Below, one piece after another: positions 10,480 to 21,893 of a stretch of 64,000 nt of DNA. The number at the start of each line of letters is the position of its first letter. The stretch's first letter is position 1. Location of the stretch: the NCBI GenBank assembly GCA_965203295.1, contig CBDBCZ010000019.1, positions 1,792,001 to 1,856,000 of the forward strand, given 5' to 3'. The translations under genes were made by a program, and so were the position numbers. This DNA is from Nitrospirales bacterium (GTDB lineage: Bacteria; Nitrospirota; Nitrospiria; Nitrospirales; UBA8639). The notes below the pieces were generated by a model that was not told the DNA's origin, searched no databases, and saw only the letters and a list, made by a program, of their open reading frames with translations.

Positions 10480-12366
10480 CTAGAAGAATAGGTACGCACT
10501 TAGTATCAGAACTGCCCCTACCGTCATGGACAAAGCATAGTGTTGCACTTCACCACTTTGGATCAGGCGAATCACCCATCCACACCATCCAAAGCCACGT
10601 GCCACTCCATTCACGGCTCCGTCAATCACTGCGACATCCACGTGCCTCCATAGACCGTCAGCAAATTTGAACGTGGGTCGCACAACCGAATGATCATAGG
10701 CCTCATCCACGTACCACTTATTCAAAGAGAGTCGATAGAAGGATTGCCACTGATGCATCAACTTATCCGGCAAACCTGGTGACTTCATATACATCACATA
10801 AGCCAAAGCGATCCCTAGAAAACCCGTCAAGGTTGCGGCTATCATGATACCTGTGGCCACAGGCCCGTGATGTGCTTCCTGACCGACCGCACCTGAGAAG
10901 ACAGGCCGAAGAAATTCTGGTATTCCTAGATATCCTGTGGCGAAGCTGAGCACTGCCAATACCATGAGTGGAACCGTCATGGTGAGTGAAGCCTCATGGA
11001 CGTGGTCACCATGATGTGGTTCGACCCGTGACTCTCCCCAAAAGGTGACAAATACCAGCCTGGCGCTGTAGAAAGCTGTCATCAACGCCGTGATTAACCC
11101 CAGCACGGCTAACGTCTGCCCTAGAGAACCAGACATCCAGGAAGACACAAGCAGTTCATCTTTACTGAAAAATCCAGCGGTCAAAGGGAACCCAGCCAAG
11201 GCTAATGACCCGATCACAAATGTCGCATAGGTCACTGGAAGTTTTTTCTGAAGTCCTCCCATATTCCGGATATCCTGCTCGTGATGGAGGGCAATAATGA
11301 CGGATCCTGCGCCCAAAAACAGAAGGGCTTTAAATGCCCCGTGCGTAAGCAGGTGGTAAATCCCTTCGACATACGCCCCAAGCCCACAAGCCATCATCAT
11401 GTACCCAAGCTGACTTAATGTTGAATACGCCACAACTCGCTTGATGTCGTTTTGCGTGAGAGCAATCGTGGCACCTAATACCATGGTCAGCGCACCAGTC
11501 AACGCGACGACATCACTAGCCGCCGGAGAGAGGTCATAGAGTGGAGCCAGACGCGCCACCATGAATACTCCAGCCGTGACCATCGTGGCAGCATGAATCA
11601 AGGCTGAAATCGGTGTCGGCCCTTCCATGGCATCGGGCAACCACACATGCAACGGCACTTGCGCTGACTTTCCCACAGCTCCCATAAAGAGCAAAATACA
11701 TACCATCGTGATAGCTGACACTCCCCAAATCCCTAACACATAAAGAGAAGCGGTGCCAGAATTGGCAACTTGTGCAAAGACAGACTCATACTGCAGGGAT
11801 CCAAACATCACAAAAATCAACAGGATTCCTAGCAAGAAACCAAAGTCGCCGATCCTGTTCACGACAAAAGCTTTGCTGGCAGCAGCCCTGGCGGATTCTC
11901 GCTCGTACCAATGCCCAATCAGAAGATAGGAACACAGCCCTACGGCTTCCCAAAAGACAAAGAGGAGAAGGAAATTGTCAGACATAACCAACATCAGCAT
12001 GGAAAAGGTAAACAGCGCGATGTTGGCAAAAAAACGGGCATATCCTGGCTCTCCATGCATATACCCAATCGTATAGATGTGGACCAAACCGCTCACGATC
12101 GTGACGAGAAGAAGCATGGCTGCGGTGAGCTGATCAACATACAAACCAAGGTCAATGGAGAGGTCCCCAGAGACAGCCCAGGTATAGAGTGGGATCTTCA
12201 GAGTCTGACCGCTCACGACTTCAGAAAAAGCCACGAGCGATAAGACAAATGAGAAAAGCACCGCAGGGACTGCGATTAGGTGTGCTTGTTCCTTGATCCA
12301 ATGGCCAAAAATACCAATGACGATAAAGGCAAGGAGGGGGAGAAGAGGAATTAAGACGTACAGCAT
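10480..12366 (-). CDS. nuoL: NADH-quinone oxidoreductase subunit L
   Basis: GKSAQVPLHVWLPDAMEGPTPISALIHAATMV. Confidence 0.97.
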   Translation of the reverse strand: MLYVLIPLLPLLAFIVIGIFGHWIKEQAHLIAVPAVLFSFVLSLVAFSEVVSGQTLKIPLYTWAVSGDLSIDLGLYVDQLTAAMLLLVTIVSGLVHIYTIGYMHGEPGYARFFANIALFTFSMLMLVMSDNFLLLFVFWEAVGLCSYLLIGHWYERESARAAASKAFVVNRIGDFGFLLGILLIFVMFGSLQYESVFAQVANSGTASLYVLGIWGVSAITMVCILLFMGAVGKSAQVPLHVWLPDAMEGPTPISALIHAATMVTAGVFMVARLAPLYDLSPAASDVVALTGALTMVLGATIALTQNDIKRVVAYSTLSQLGYMMMACGLGAYVEGIYHLLTHGAFKALLFLGAGSVIIALHHEQDIRNMGGLQKKLPVTYATFVIGSLALAGFPLTAGFFSKDELLVSSWMSGSLGQTLAVLGLITALMTAFYSARLVFVTFWGESRVEPHHGDHVHEASLTMTVPLMVLAVLSFATGYLGIPEFLRPVFSGAVGQEAHHGPVATGIMIAATLTGFLGIALAYVMYMKSPGLPDKLMHQWQSFYRLSLNKWYVDEAYDHSVVRPTFKFADGLWRHVDVAVIDGAVNGVARGFGWCGWVIRLIQSGEVQHYALSMTVGAVLILSAYLFF

Positions 12367-12370
12367 GCCT

Positions 12371-12676
12371 CTACCATCTCAACAATCGGAAATCGTCCAC
12401 GTTGATACTGGCATGATGTCGGTATAGGGCAATGATAATCGCTAAGCCTACTGCGACTTCCGCGGCAGCAACCGTCAAAGCAAAAAAGACAAATATCTGC
12501 CCAGTGACATTTCCCAAATAGGACGAAAAGGCAACAAAATTAATATTGGTGGCATTCAGCATGAGCTCAATGGACAACAAAATGATGATGATATTGCGCC
12601 GAATCAGGACTCCTACCAGCCCAATCAGGAACACAAGACCGCTCAACACCAAGTAATAGCTAATTGGAACTGTCAT
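12371..12676 (-). CDS. nuoK: NADH-quinone oxidoreductase subunit K
   Basis: [19 protein letters not shown]. Confidence 0.97.
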   Translation of the reverse strand: MTVPISYYLVLSGLVFLIGLVGVLIRRNIIIILLSIELMLNATNINFVAFSSYLGNVTGQIFVFFALTVAAAEVAVGLAIIIALYRHHASINVDDFRLLRW

Positions 12677-13194
12677 GATGACTTCGATTCAAGGATGCCT
12701 TTTTTTGACAGGATCACAGCCCCAATCATGGCCACAAGGAGGATCAATGAAGCAATTTCAAAGGGAAATAAGTAGGTCGAGTACAGCACCTCACCAATGG
12801 ATTCTGTATTCCCTACAGTTGCCGAGCCACTCATATCATCAGCTAAATTTTGAGGTACAGGAGCCACTGTACCACTCATAACCAATAAAAGGGCTTCCGC
12901 AAAAAGTGTACAACCAAGGAGTACGGCCACGACTCCATGTCGATGGAACTTCTCTTCCCGTTTGACATTTAGCAACATCACGACGAAAAGATACAGAACC
13001 AGAATGGCCCCGGCATAGACGATGATCTGAATAGCGGCCAAAAACTCAGCATGAAGGGTGATGTACAAACCAGCCACGTGGAAGAACATCACTAAAAGGG
13101 CGAGGGCGCTATAGATGGGATTACGGAGAGCCACTACCAAGGCGGCGGTCAGAAGTATCACACTGGCAAAATAAAAAAAGATGAGACTGTTCAC
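12673..13194 (-). CDS. nuoJ: NADH-quinone oxidoreductase subunit J
   Basis: [33 protein letters not shown]. Confidence 0.96.
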   Translation of the reverse strand: MNSLIFFYFASVILLTAALVVALRNPIYSALALLVMFFHVAGLYITLHAEFLAAIQIIVYAGAILVLYLFVVMLLNVKREEKFHRHGVVAVLLGCTLFAEALLLVMSGTVAPVPQNLADDMSGSATVGNTESIGEVLYSTYLFPFEIASLILLVAMIGAVILSKKGILESKSS

Positions 13195-13270
13195 AACCCA
13201 GGGCCCCTACCTTCGCTCGGCAATTTCTTCTGTGCAATCATCACGACCGAAAAAGGCCTTTGGATCGTGA

Positions 13271-13810
13271 TCAAGTCTCCTTTTGAGGAATTTCTTGAAA
13301 GGGCACGTTGAAATAGGCCACATTGGGATGTTGAAATTCCAAACGCTTCTCCCGCTCTGGAAAAGCTCGGTCCCCAATAGCCAATAGTTGTTCTTTATCC
13401 AGTTGGAGATGGCGTTTATCGAATACGGCCCACTCAAACTCCTGGGTCATACCAAGGGCATCAACGGGACAGGCTTCCACACACAGTCCGCAAAAGAGGC
13501 ACCGCGTCATGTCCATGTAATATTCCTTGGAGTATCGTTTGGTCGGTTCCCCGGGCACTTCTGCGCTGACGACTCGAATGACTCGAGAAGGACAAGCAGC
13601 TTCACAGAGATCGCAGCCTACACATTTCTCCGTTCCATCATCATAGCGAAGCAACGCCAGCATTCCACGATAATTTTGGGGCAGGGGTTTCTTCTCATGA
13701 GGGTATTGAAGGGTAATCGGCTTATATCGAAGAAGGTGAGCTAATGTCGCCTTCATTCCGATGAGGATTTCATAAAATATGATGGTCTGAAACCATTCAC
13801 GAATTTTCAC
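13271..13810 (-). CDS. nuoI: NADH-quinone oxidoreductase subunit I
   Basis: Two CxxCxxCxxxCP motifs. Confidence 0.96.
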   Translation of the reverse strand: MKIREWFQTIIFYEILIGMKATLAHLLRYKPITLQYPHEKKPLPQNYRGMLALLRYDDGTEKCVGCDLCEAACPSRVIRVVSAEVPGEPTKRYSKEYYMDMTRCLFCGLCVEACPVDALGMTQEFEWAVFDKRHLQLDKEQLLAIGDRAFPEREKRLEFQHPNVAYFNVPFQEIPQKET

Positions 13811-13832
13811 GTACCAACCTCATCCAGTCACT

Positions 13833-14891
13833 TTATCGAGGGAAAATAAACGCCATAACCGAAGTGATCACAATGTTGCCTAAGGCAATTGGCAGGAGCA
13901 CTTTCCACCCAAAACGCATCAGTTGGTCATACCGTAACCGAGGCAGCGTCGCTCGAATCCAAAAGAACAGGAATATGAAACAATACACTTTGACGGTAAA
14001 CCAAAATATCCCGGTCACCCATGCAAAATTGCCTGGAGCCTGGAGAAAGGAAAACGGAGCATGCCAACCACCAAAAAAGAGAACAGTGGCCACGCAAGAG
14101 ACCAAAATCATGTTGGCGTATTCGGCCAGGAAGAAAAACGCAAATCGCATTCCGCTATACTCGGTAAAAAATCCCGCCACCAATTCACTTTCTGCTTCAG
14201 GCAAGTCAAACGGCAAGCGATTGGTCTCTGCGAACGCTGCGATAATGAACACCACGAATGCAATGAATTGAGGAAATGGAAGGGAAAACGCAAACCATCG
14301 CCAGAACCCGCCGGCTTGGGCTTCGGTAATTTGGACCATGCTTAACGATCCGGCTAATAAGAGAACACCGACAATAGCCAGCCCTACATTCAATTCATAA
14401 CTGATGAGTTGGGCCGCTGACCGTAGCCCCCCTAAGAGTGAATATTTGCTATTTGATGACCATCCTCCGAGGATCACACCGTAAGCTCCAATAGAAGCAA
14501 AGGCTAGAATGTAGAGAACTCCAATATTGATATCGCTGATGACAAAGGGCTTGAATTCCACCCCAAATAATTCCACGGTCCAATTTGGGCCATACGGGAT
14601 AACGGCAAAGCCAATCAACGCAGGCACAAGGGACAGCACCGGCGCCAGGCTAAACATAAATTTATTGGCACCAGCAGGAATGATATCTTCTTTAAAAAAC
14701 AGCTTGAGCCCATCAGCAATCGGCTGTAAGACCCCGTACGGGCCAACCTCCATTGGACCCATCCGATCCTGCATCCAACTGAGAACCTTCCGTTCAAGCA
14801 AAGTCAACAGGGCAACGGTCAGCAAAACCAACCCCATCACCACACCGATCTGACTCAGGGTCAGCGCCAATTTGATGCTCACTTCAAGCAC
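13833..14891 (-). CDS. nuoH: NADH-quinone oxidoreductase subunit H
   Basis: QPIADGLKLFFKED, AETNRLPFDLPEAESELVAG. Confidence 0.97.
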   Translation of the reverse strand: MLEVSIKLALTLSQIGVVMGLVLLTVALLTLLERKVLSWMQDRMGPMEVGPYGVLQPIADGLKLFFKEDIIPAGANKFMFSLAPVLSLVPALIGFAVIPYGPNWTVELFGVEFKPFVISDINIGVLYILAFASIGAYGVILGGWSSNSKYSLLGGLRSAAQLISYELNVGLAIVGVLLLAGSLSMVQITEAQAGGFWRWFAFSLPFPQFIAFVVFIIAAFAETNRLPFDLPEAESELVAGFFTEYSGMRFAFFFLAEYANMILVSCVATVLFFGGWHAPFSFLQAPGNFAWVTGIFWFTVKVYCFIFLFFWIRATLPRLRYDQLMRFGWKVLLPIALGNIVITSVMAFIFPR

Positions 14892-14960
14892 GAAGTCTCT
14901 CCTTGTCTAAAAAGAAGCATTTCCCCGCAAGCCACCGCTTTATGAGGGCTTGTCATTTTT

Positions 14961-17633
14961 TCATATCTTCTCAACCTGTACCTGAGTCAATTTGTAATAC
15001 GGTACGCTGGTCACAGGGTCTACGGTGACCACGAATAACCGCCGAATATCTCGATCAAAATGTTCGGGAAAGAATGCCACGCCTTCAGGCACTCGATCAA
15101 GCAATTTCGCGGTCGTGGCGACCTCACCATGTTCGTTAGAGAGGCGGACCGAATCCCCAGACACAATTCTATGGTGGTGCGCATCGACCGGATTTAAACT
15201 CACAGAACCAGAAGACTGAATCTGAAGGAGTCCCTTGGCCCTCGTGGAAAATTTGCCAGAATGAAACAAGGATTGCACAGAAGCCAACAGGAGAGTTTTG
15301 TCATTCCTCATTTGGTCTTGGTCGAGTGTATATCGAGATTCAATATCTGACTGGAATCCTTCCCGGAGATACCGGTCCACAACCCCTTGGTTTACTGAAC
15401 ATGGGGTCGCCACAGGACCAAGTAATCCGTATCCTGGTATCATTCCCCTGATTTCTTTAAAAATCTCTTTTGCGTTCTCGTACTCAATAGGATGATTCAT
15501 CACAACCGAAAGAGCTGAAAAAATTTCCCAGTCAGGGAGACTCTCTCCAATGGGATCCATAGCCGCCCGAACCGGTTGAACCAAGCCCTCGGTGTTGGTG
15601 AAGGTTCCATCCTTTTCAGCGTATGAGCAGGCTGGCAGAATGATGTCCGCATGTGCAGCCGTTTCGGTCAGGAAGAGTTCCTGGCAAACGAGGAATTCCA
15701 AGGCACCTAACGCCTCTTCGACCCCTGCGCTGGGAGGCAAAGATTCCACTGGGTTTTCCCCGACAATGAACATGGCTTTGACGCGACCAGCCCGGGCATC
15801 CTCCAAGGTTTTCATTAAATTGGATCCAGAACTCTCTGGGATATCTTGGCCCCAGATGCTTGATACGTGTTGTCGCACCTGTGGGTCATGAAAGTCAGAA
15901 GGACCAGGCAACAATTCAGCCACCGCCCCCATTTCAACAGCACCCTGATCATTGTTTTCTTCAGACAGCGGACCGACCCCACAAGCAGGCCGCCCATGAT
16001 GCCCAGTCAAGAGAAGGAGGTCCAGGAGATTCGTGACAATAGATAAAGCTTTCGGGGCCCGGAGCACTGCCTGTCCGACAAGAACCACAGCCCGTTCAGC
16101 TCGGCTTAAGGTTTTGACAGCATCTCGATAGGCTACTTGTCCAAGACCGTCCCCCCCCTCAATGTCATTCCATGCGATACGAGTCACCACGTGCTTGATG
16201 GCTTCCACAAACCCAGGCGCTTTTTGGATTAGCTCGGGGGCAATAAGATTTTCTTCACAAACAGCCTTGACCAACCCAACCACAGCAACACCGAACTCAT
16301 CTGGTTTGACTGCGAAATGGTGAGTAGCCAAGGTCGTGATATTACTGATAGTCCCAATGGCCGGTGATAAGGCCTCGATCGTTAATAAAGTGGCACCTTT
16401 GTGCTTGACAGCTTCTTTGACTTTTAATCCAGTAATGGGATTCGATTCGGTAATATTCGTTCCGACCAACAGGATGGCATCAGCCGAGACAATGTCTTCA
16501 AATGTGACCGTCCACCGGTGCGTACCCTGGACTCTCTGAAGCGCTCGAATCCCATTCATGGGCCCATAACGGGCACCACTATCAAGTCGGTTGGTGCCAA
16601 TGACCAGACGCATGAACTTTTGGAAAAGATACAATTCTTCATTCGTGCAACGTGAGGAGACGAGCCCCCCAATCGCATCTCCCCCATGCTGCTGGATCAT
16701 ACTTGAAAACTTGGCTCCGACAGTTTCAAGTGCCTCTTCCCAGGTCACTTCAAGAAAGGATCCGTCATGTTGACGAATGAGGGGGTGCTTCAACCGATCA
16801 AGGTGAGTACTCGCATGGTACCCAAAATACCCGCGTGCACACAGGTCGCCATTATTACGACCCGCACCATAGGTGGAGTTGACTTCAATCAATTCATCAT
16901 TCTTTCTTTGAATCGTGATCTGACAACCATCTCCACAATAGGTACAAAGCGTTTCAGCCCGTTTGAGCATCCACGGCCTGAAGTCATACATGGACAATCG
17001 GCTCGTGATCGCTCCAACAGGACAAATCTGGATGCACCCACCACAAAATTCACAATCCAGCTCATGATCTCCTAGATGTTTGATTTCCGTCATTGTTCCT
17101 CGACCAACAGGAGCCAGAGCCTTGACATCCATGACTTCATCACAATAGCGCACACACCGCATGCAGGAAACGCAGCGATTCATTTGCGTTTCAATAAGAG
17201 GGCCAAAGTATGTTTTTGGGAAAACCCGCTTTAACTCTTTGAATTCACTCGTTGTCGCGGTGTATTCATGGGAAAAATCCTGCAAATCACAACGACCGCC
17301 TTGGTCACAAACAGGGCAATCCAGCGGGTGATTACCTAGAATCAACTCCAACACCGATTTGCGTGCTTGCTCAACCTGAGGAACCAAAGATCGGACAACC
17401 ATTCCATCCGCCACACGGGTACTACAAGAGGTTTGGAGTCTGGGCACCTTTTCAATTTCGACCAGGCACATCCGGCAATTGGCATCAGGTTCAAGTTTTG
17501 GATGGTAGCAGAAGTGCGGAATCATGACCCCAACCCGTTTCGCTACTTCAATCACCAACGTTCCTTCAGGAACGCTGGTCGTGATCCCGTCTATCGTGAT
17601 CGAGATCATTTTTTGATCTTGGGATACAGGCAT
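14961..17633 (-). CDS. nuoG: NADH-quinone oxidoreductase subunit G (long, molybdopterin-oxidoreductase-like)
   Basis: IPHFCYHP..CRMC, HPLDCPVCDQGGRC, RCVSCMRC and N7-type CTYCGDGC...C motifs. Confidence 0.93.
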   Translation of the reverse strand: MPVSQDQKMISITIDGITTSVPEGTLVIEVAKRVGVMIPHFCYHPKLEPDANCRMCLVEIEKVPRLQTSCSTRVADGMVVRSLVPQVEQARKSVLELILGNHPLDCPVCDQGGRCDLQDFSHEYTATTSEFKELKRVFPKTYFGPLIETQMNRCVSCMRCVRYCDEVMDVKALAPVGRGTMTEIKHLGDHELDCEFCGGCIQICPVGAITSRLSMYDFRPWMLKRAETLCTYCGDGCQITIQRKNDELIEVNSTYGAGRNNGDLCARGYFGYHASTHLDRLKHPLIRQHDGSFLEVTWEEALETVGAKFSSMIQQHGGDAIGGLVSSRCTNEELYLFQKFMRLVIGTNRLDSGARYGPMNGIRALQRVQGTHRWTVTFEDIVSADAILLVGTNITESNPITGLKVKEAVKHKGATLLTIEALSPAIGTISNITTLATHHFAVKPDEFGVAVVGLVKAVCEENLIAPELIQKAPGFVEAIKHVVTRIAWNDIEGGDGLGQVAYRDAVKTLSRAERAVVLVGQAVLRAPKALSIVTNLLDLLLLTGHHGRPACGVGPLSEENNDQGAVEMGAVAELLPGPSDFHDPQVRQHVSSIWGQDIPESSGSNLMKTLEDARAGRVKAMFIVGENPVESLPPSAGVEEALGALEFLVCQELFLTETAAHADIILPACSYAEKDGTFTNTEGLVQPVRAAMDPIGESLPDWEIFSALSVVMNHPIEYENAKEIFKEIRGMIPGYGLLGPVATPCSVNQGVVDRYLREGFQSDIESRYTLDQDQMRNDKTLLLASVQSLFHSGKFSTRAKGLLQIQSSGSVSLNPVDAHHHRIVSGDSVRLSNEHGEVATTAKLLDRVPEGVAFFPEHFDRDIRRLFVVTVDPVTSVPYYKLTQVQVEKI

Positions 17634-17645
17634 CTTTGATTCCTT

Positions 17646-18956
17646 TTATAAACTCATCAAAGGAATTTCTGTTTTGGAAGGTTGGATAGCTTCCGCCTCA
17701 TGAATCAGCTCTTCATACTCTAATCGCCAGTATTGCAGGGTGCTCTGAATGGGAGCAATTTCGGCATCACCAAATGCACAGACCGTCCGCCCTCCGCCAA
17801 TGTTTTGACAAATCTTCAATAGCGTATCCAAGTCTTCCATACGGCCATGTCGTGCCAAGATACGTTGGAGGATTTGAACCAGCCACGAACTCCCTTCTCG
17901 ACAAGGCGTACACTTTCCACAAGACTCATGGTAGAAAAATTCCATGAGGCGAAGTGCAGCCCACACCATGCTAGTTCCTTCTTCCATCACCGTGACTCCT
18001 CCTGATCCCAACATCGACCCAGCCACGGCCACAGACTCGAAATCAAGCTTCACGTCCAGATGCTCTTCTCTCAGAAAGGGAGCAGACGCCCCACCAGGAA
18101 TAAAGGCTTTTAACTTCTTATCTGATCGCATGCCTCCACCTAGCTCATAAATCAATTCCCGAAAGGTAATCCCCATAGGGACTTCATAATTGCCAGGACG
18201 CTTCACATGCCCACTTAAACAGAAAACCCGGGTTCCCGTACTTTTGGGAGGCGATCCAATGGAAGCAAACCATTCAGCACCTCGCTTCACAATATGTGGA
18301 ATGTTTGCCAGGGTTTCAACATTATTGACGACCGTCGGCTTTTGATACAGGCCATGGGTTGCAGGGAAAGGGGGTTTCACCCGTGGTTTCCCTCGTTTCC
18401 CCTCCAACGACTCCAGCAATGCCGTTTCTTCCCCACAGATATATGCCCCGGCTCCAGCATGGACATACACATGAATGGTGACACCGCTCCCCAAAACATT
18501 TTCACCAAGGTATCCTGCTTGTTGAGCCTCAGCAATGGCCTCTTCTAAAATACTGGCGCCAAGCCGAAATTCACCACGTATATAAATGTAGGCAGTTTGT
18601 GCACTAATGGCATAACAAGAGATGGCAATCCCCTCGAGAACTTGATGGGGATCTCGTTCCATAAGCTGCCGATCTTTAAATGTACCAGGCTCGCTTTCAT
18701 CTGCATTACAGCAAAGATATCTTGGCCCCGGATGATCTTTTGGAATAAACCCCCACTTTACTCCTGTAGGAAACCCAGCGCCGCCACGTCCACGGAGACC
18801 CGACTGTTTCACGGCTTCGATAATATCAGCCGGATTCGACTCGTTCAGGACTTTCCTGAGAGTGTGGTAGCCCCCGACCCCCTCGTAGTCTCGAAGAGAA
18901 ACGGTATACCCAGGCTGCTCCATATTTTTAAGAAGGATTTTTTCGTATGGCTGCAC
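17646..18956 (-). CDS. nuoF: NADH-quinone oxidoreductase subunit F
   Basis: GRGGAGFPTG, NADESEPG, GAGAYICGEETAL, ESCGKCTPCREG. Confidence 0.97.
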   Translation of the reverse strand: MQPYEKILLKNMEQPGYTVSLRDYEGVGGYHTLRKVLNESNPADIIEAVKQSGLRGRGGAGFPTGVKWGFIPKDHPGPRYLCCNADESEPGTFKDRQLMERDPHQVLEGIAISCYAISAQTAYIYIRGEFRLGASILEEAIAEAQQAGYLGENVLGSGVTIHVYVHAGAGAYICGEETALLESLEGKRGKPRVKPPFPATHGLYQKPTVVNNVETLANIPHIVKRGAEWFASIGSPPKSTGTRVFCLSGHVKRPGNYEVPMGITFRELIYELGGGMRSDKKLKAFIPGGASAPFLREEHLDVKLDFESVAVAGSMLGSGGVTVMEEGTSMVWAALRLMEFFYHESCGKCTPCREGSSWLVQILQRILARHGRMEDLDTLLKICQNIGGGRTVCAFGDAEIAPIQSTLQYWRLEYEELIHEAEAIQPSKTEIPLMSL

Positions 18957-18981
18957 GTCGAGACCTGGCTTCAGACTGGTG

Positions 18982-19527
18982 TTATTTCACTGGAACGGGA
19001 AACATGAACGGTCCACTTTTCAGAGAGCTCGATCCATCCCGTTTCAAATCATCAAATATTCTGGCCACTTTTTCTTCAGTCAATTGTTCATAGTAATCGT
19101 CATTAATCTGCATCATGGGTCCTGTCCCACAGGAACCCAAACATTCCACCGCACCCAAGGTAAACAATCCATCTTTTGTGGTTTGCCCAACACCAATACC
19201 TAATTGCTGTTGTATCCAGGCGATCAATTCATCAGCTCGAACCAAGGCGCACATAAGAGACCGGCACACTTGGATATGAAATTTTCCAATGGGTTTCAAA
19301 CTGAGCATCGTATAAAACGTGGCCGTCTCGTACACCTGCGAAGGAGTCAGCTGTAAAATCTTTGCAATCTCCTTCATGGCCGCTTCACTGACATATCCTT
19401 CTTCTTTCTGTGCTAGGTTTAATAAGGGGAGCATGGCAGAACGCCGCACTGGGTAACGGCTGAGAATCTCATCGAGATAGTCTTTATGTTTTGGCAGCAA
19501 CATCACTCCACAAGCCTTGCAGGACAT
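18982..19527 (-). CDS. nuoE: NADH-quinone oxidoreductase subunit E (start may be 19503)
   Basis: ATFYTM, CRSLMC...ECLGSC 2Fe-2S motif. Confidence 0.95.
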   Translation of the reverse strand: MSCKACGVMLLPKHKDYLDEILSRYPVRRSAMLPLLNLAQKEEGYVSEAAMKEIAKILQLTPSQVYETATFYTMLSLKPIGKFHIQVCRSLMCALVRADELIAWIQQQLGIGVGQTTKDGLFTLGAVECLGSCGTGPMMQINDDYYEQLTEEKVARIFDDLKRDGSSSLKSGPFMFPVPVK

Positions 19528-19540
19528 CAGAGATTATCTT

Positions 19541-21292
19541 TCAGCGATCACACTCCCCCATCACAATATCGTAGGTCCCGAAAATCGTAATAATATCCGA
19601 AATGAGATAGCCCCGAGCCATATGATCAAACGCTCCCATGTGAACAAATGACGGAGAGCGAATCTTCAGTCTGTACGGACGAGGCCCTCCATCACTAATC
19701 AGGAAAAATCCTAGTTCGCCTTTGGGAACCTCCGTCGCACAATAGGTTTCTCCCTTTGGTGGCTTGAATCCCTGAGTAAAGATAATGAAGTGATGGATCA
19801 AACTTTCCATATCTCGCATGATTTGCGGTTTAGGAGGTGGAATCACTTTGGGGTCGTCTCCCATGATCGGACCTTCTGGAAGTTGGTCCAAACATTGCTG
19901 AATGATTCGTGCACTCTGTCGCATTTCCTCCACACGAATCCAATATCGATCATAGGTATCACCATCTTTTCCAACCGGCACTTCCCATTCCACTTTGTCA
20001 TACGCACCATACGGTTCTAATTTACGAATATCGTAGGCGACACCAGAGCCCCGCAACGTTGGGCCTGTCAAACCAAAGTTAATCGCATCGACATCCGATA
20101 TCACAGCAACGCCCTTCGTTCGCGCAATCCAAATCCGATTCCGCTGCAACAGGACATCATATTCATGCATCCGCTCTGGGAAGGTCTTGAGAAAAGCCCG
20201 AAGAGGTTCGATGATTTCCTGACTCAAATCACTATCCACCCCACCAATTCTATAGTAGTTCAATGTCAATCGAGCCCCACAAAGCTTTTCGAACAAGTCG
20301 AGTAAGATTTCCCGTTCCCTGAATGTCCAAAAGAAGACTGTCATGGCCCCAATATCAAGGGCTTGTGTCCCGAGCCAAAAAAGGTGCCCAACGATACGCT
20401 GCATTTCCGCGACGATGGTTCGAATGTATTCTGCTCGTTCCGGAACCGTGACACCAGCCAACTTCTCGACGGCACGAACGTACGCATAATTGTTAGTCAT
20501 GGCGCAGGTATAATCCAAACGATCAGTATGAGGAATAACCTGCATGTAATGAAGGCCTTCGGCTAATTTTTCGACGCCCCGATGCAGATACCCCAAATCC
20601 GGAATGGCTTTGGTAACGCGTTCCCCATCAAGTTCCAACACCACCCGTAACACTCCATGTGTGCTCGGGTGTTGTGGGCCCATATTGAGCAACATCTCAG
20701 TGGTCCGCTTTGAAGAATCGGGAGTATCTTCAGCCATGAACATATGCCGCTGATCTTCAGGAATTTCTCCCTCCGACCACGTACTCACCGGTTCATCCAA
20801 CTTTGGAAGAAAATCAAATCGACTTCTCCAACCTTTTCCTTCAGTTGGAAAGTCTTTTCGAAGCGGATGCCCTTCGTCATAGTCTTCAGGGAGAAGAATT
20901 CTCCGCAAATCCGGGTGCCCGCTAAATTGAATTCCCATCAAGTCATACACTTCACGCTCCAAAAAATTCGCACCCTTCCAAATTTCACAAATCGAGTGAA
21001 TCGCGGGATTATCCTCTTGCAATCTGGCTTTGACTCGAATTCGCCATCCATGAGACAAAGACAGAAACTTATAAATGACCTCAAAGCGTTCAAGATCATC
21101 AGGGTAATCAGCCGCACAGACATCGGTGATGTGGTCAAAAGCTAGTCGTGGATCGTCATGAAGAAATCCAGCAATTTCAAACCACCCATCCGCGATAATC
21201 TGAGCACAAAGATCTCCATCGATGCGATCCTCCCAAACCGATAGCACCGTTGGGGGAAATCGTTGTTGAAGCGTTTCGAGAACCGTGTGCAT
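19541..21292 (-). CDS. nuoCD: Fused NADH-quinone oxidoreductase subunit C/D
   Basis: EREVYDLMG..GHPDLRRI..HPLRKDFP (C) joined to NMGPQHPSTHG, GYLHRG, GECDR (D). Confidence 0.96.
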   Translation of the reverse strand: MHTVLETLQQRFPPTVLSVWEDRIDGDLCAQIIADGWFEIAGFLHDDPRLAFDHITDVCAADYPDDLERFEVIYKFLSLSHGWRIRVKARLQEDNPAIHSICEIWKGANFLEREVYDLMGIQFSGHPDLRRILLPEDYDEGHPLRKDFPTEGKGWRSRFDFLPKLDEPVSTWSEGEIPEDQRHMFMAEDTPDSSKRTTEMLLNMGPQHPSTHGVLRVVLELDGERVTKAIPDLGYLHRGVEKLAEGLHYMQVIPHTDRLDYTCAMTNNYAYVRAVEKLAGVTVPERAEYIRTIVAEMQRIVGHLFWLGTQALDIGAMTVFFWTFREREILLDLFEKLCGARLTLNYYRIGGVDSDLSQEIIEPLRAFLKTFPERMHEYDVLLQRNRIWIARTKGVAVISDVDAINFGLTGPTLRGSGVAYDIRKLEPYGAYDKVEWEVPVGKDGDTYDRYWIRVEEMRQSARIIQQCLDQLPEGPIMGDDPKVIPPPKPQIMRDMESLIHHFIIFTQGFKPPKGETYCATEVPKGELGFFLISDGGPRPYRLKIRSPSFVHMGAFDHMARGYLISDIITIFGTYDIVMGECDR

Positions 21293-21376
21293 AAAACGTA
21301 TAAAACCTGAACGACTTACAAAGCGATGACTAAGATGATTCTCATGAAAGGAAGCTCATGAGTTTGGAGCGATCGA

Positions 21377-21856
21377 CTACTTCACGAAAACTTTTTCCCG
21401 TTGAATTTTTTCTTGAAGCTTGATGAGCCCATCTAACAACGCTTCTGGACGTGGGGGACACCCCGCAATATACACATCCACTGGCACGATCTGATCCACT
21501 CCCTGAACTACGCTATAACTATTGTAATGGTTGCCAGATGTCGCGCAGGAACCCATTGAAATCACATACCGGGGTTCGGACATTTGGTCATAAATCCGTC
21601 GAATCACCGGAGCCATTTTTCGACAAACCGTCCCGGCTACAATCATCAAATCCGACTGTCTGGGAGATGCGCGAAACACCCCGGCACCAAATCGATCAAT
21701 ATCATACCGAGACGACACAGAAGCGATCATTTCAATCGCACAGCACGCCAGTCCGAAAGTCATCGGCCACAAAGCGGACTTTCTCGCCCAATTGACGACG
21801 GAGTCGAGTGTGGTCGTCACCATGTTGGCTTCGAATTGCCGTTCAAGCATGCTCAT
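21377..21856 (-). CDS. nuoB: NADH-quinone oxidoreductase subunit B
   Basis: [17 protein letters not shown]. Confidence 0.97.
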   Translation of the reverse strand: MSMLERQFEANMVTTTLDSVVNWARKSALWPMTFGLACCAIEMIASVSSRYDIDRFGAGVFRASPRQSDLMIVAGTVCRKMAPVIRRIYDQMSEPRYVISMGSCATSGNHYNSYSVVQGVDQIVPVDVYIAGCPPRPEALLDGLIKLQEKIQREKVFVK

Positions 21857-21893
21857 TGCCCAGAACCTATTGCCCTAAAACCCTGTCCCCTCA

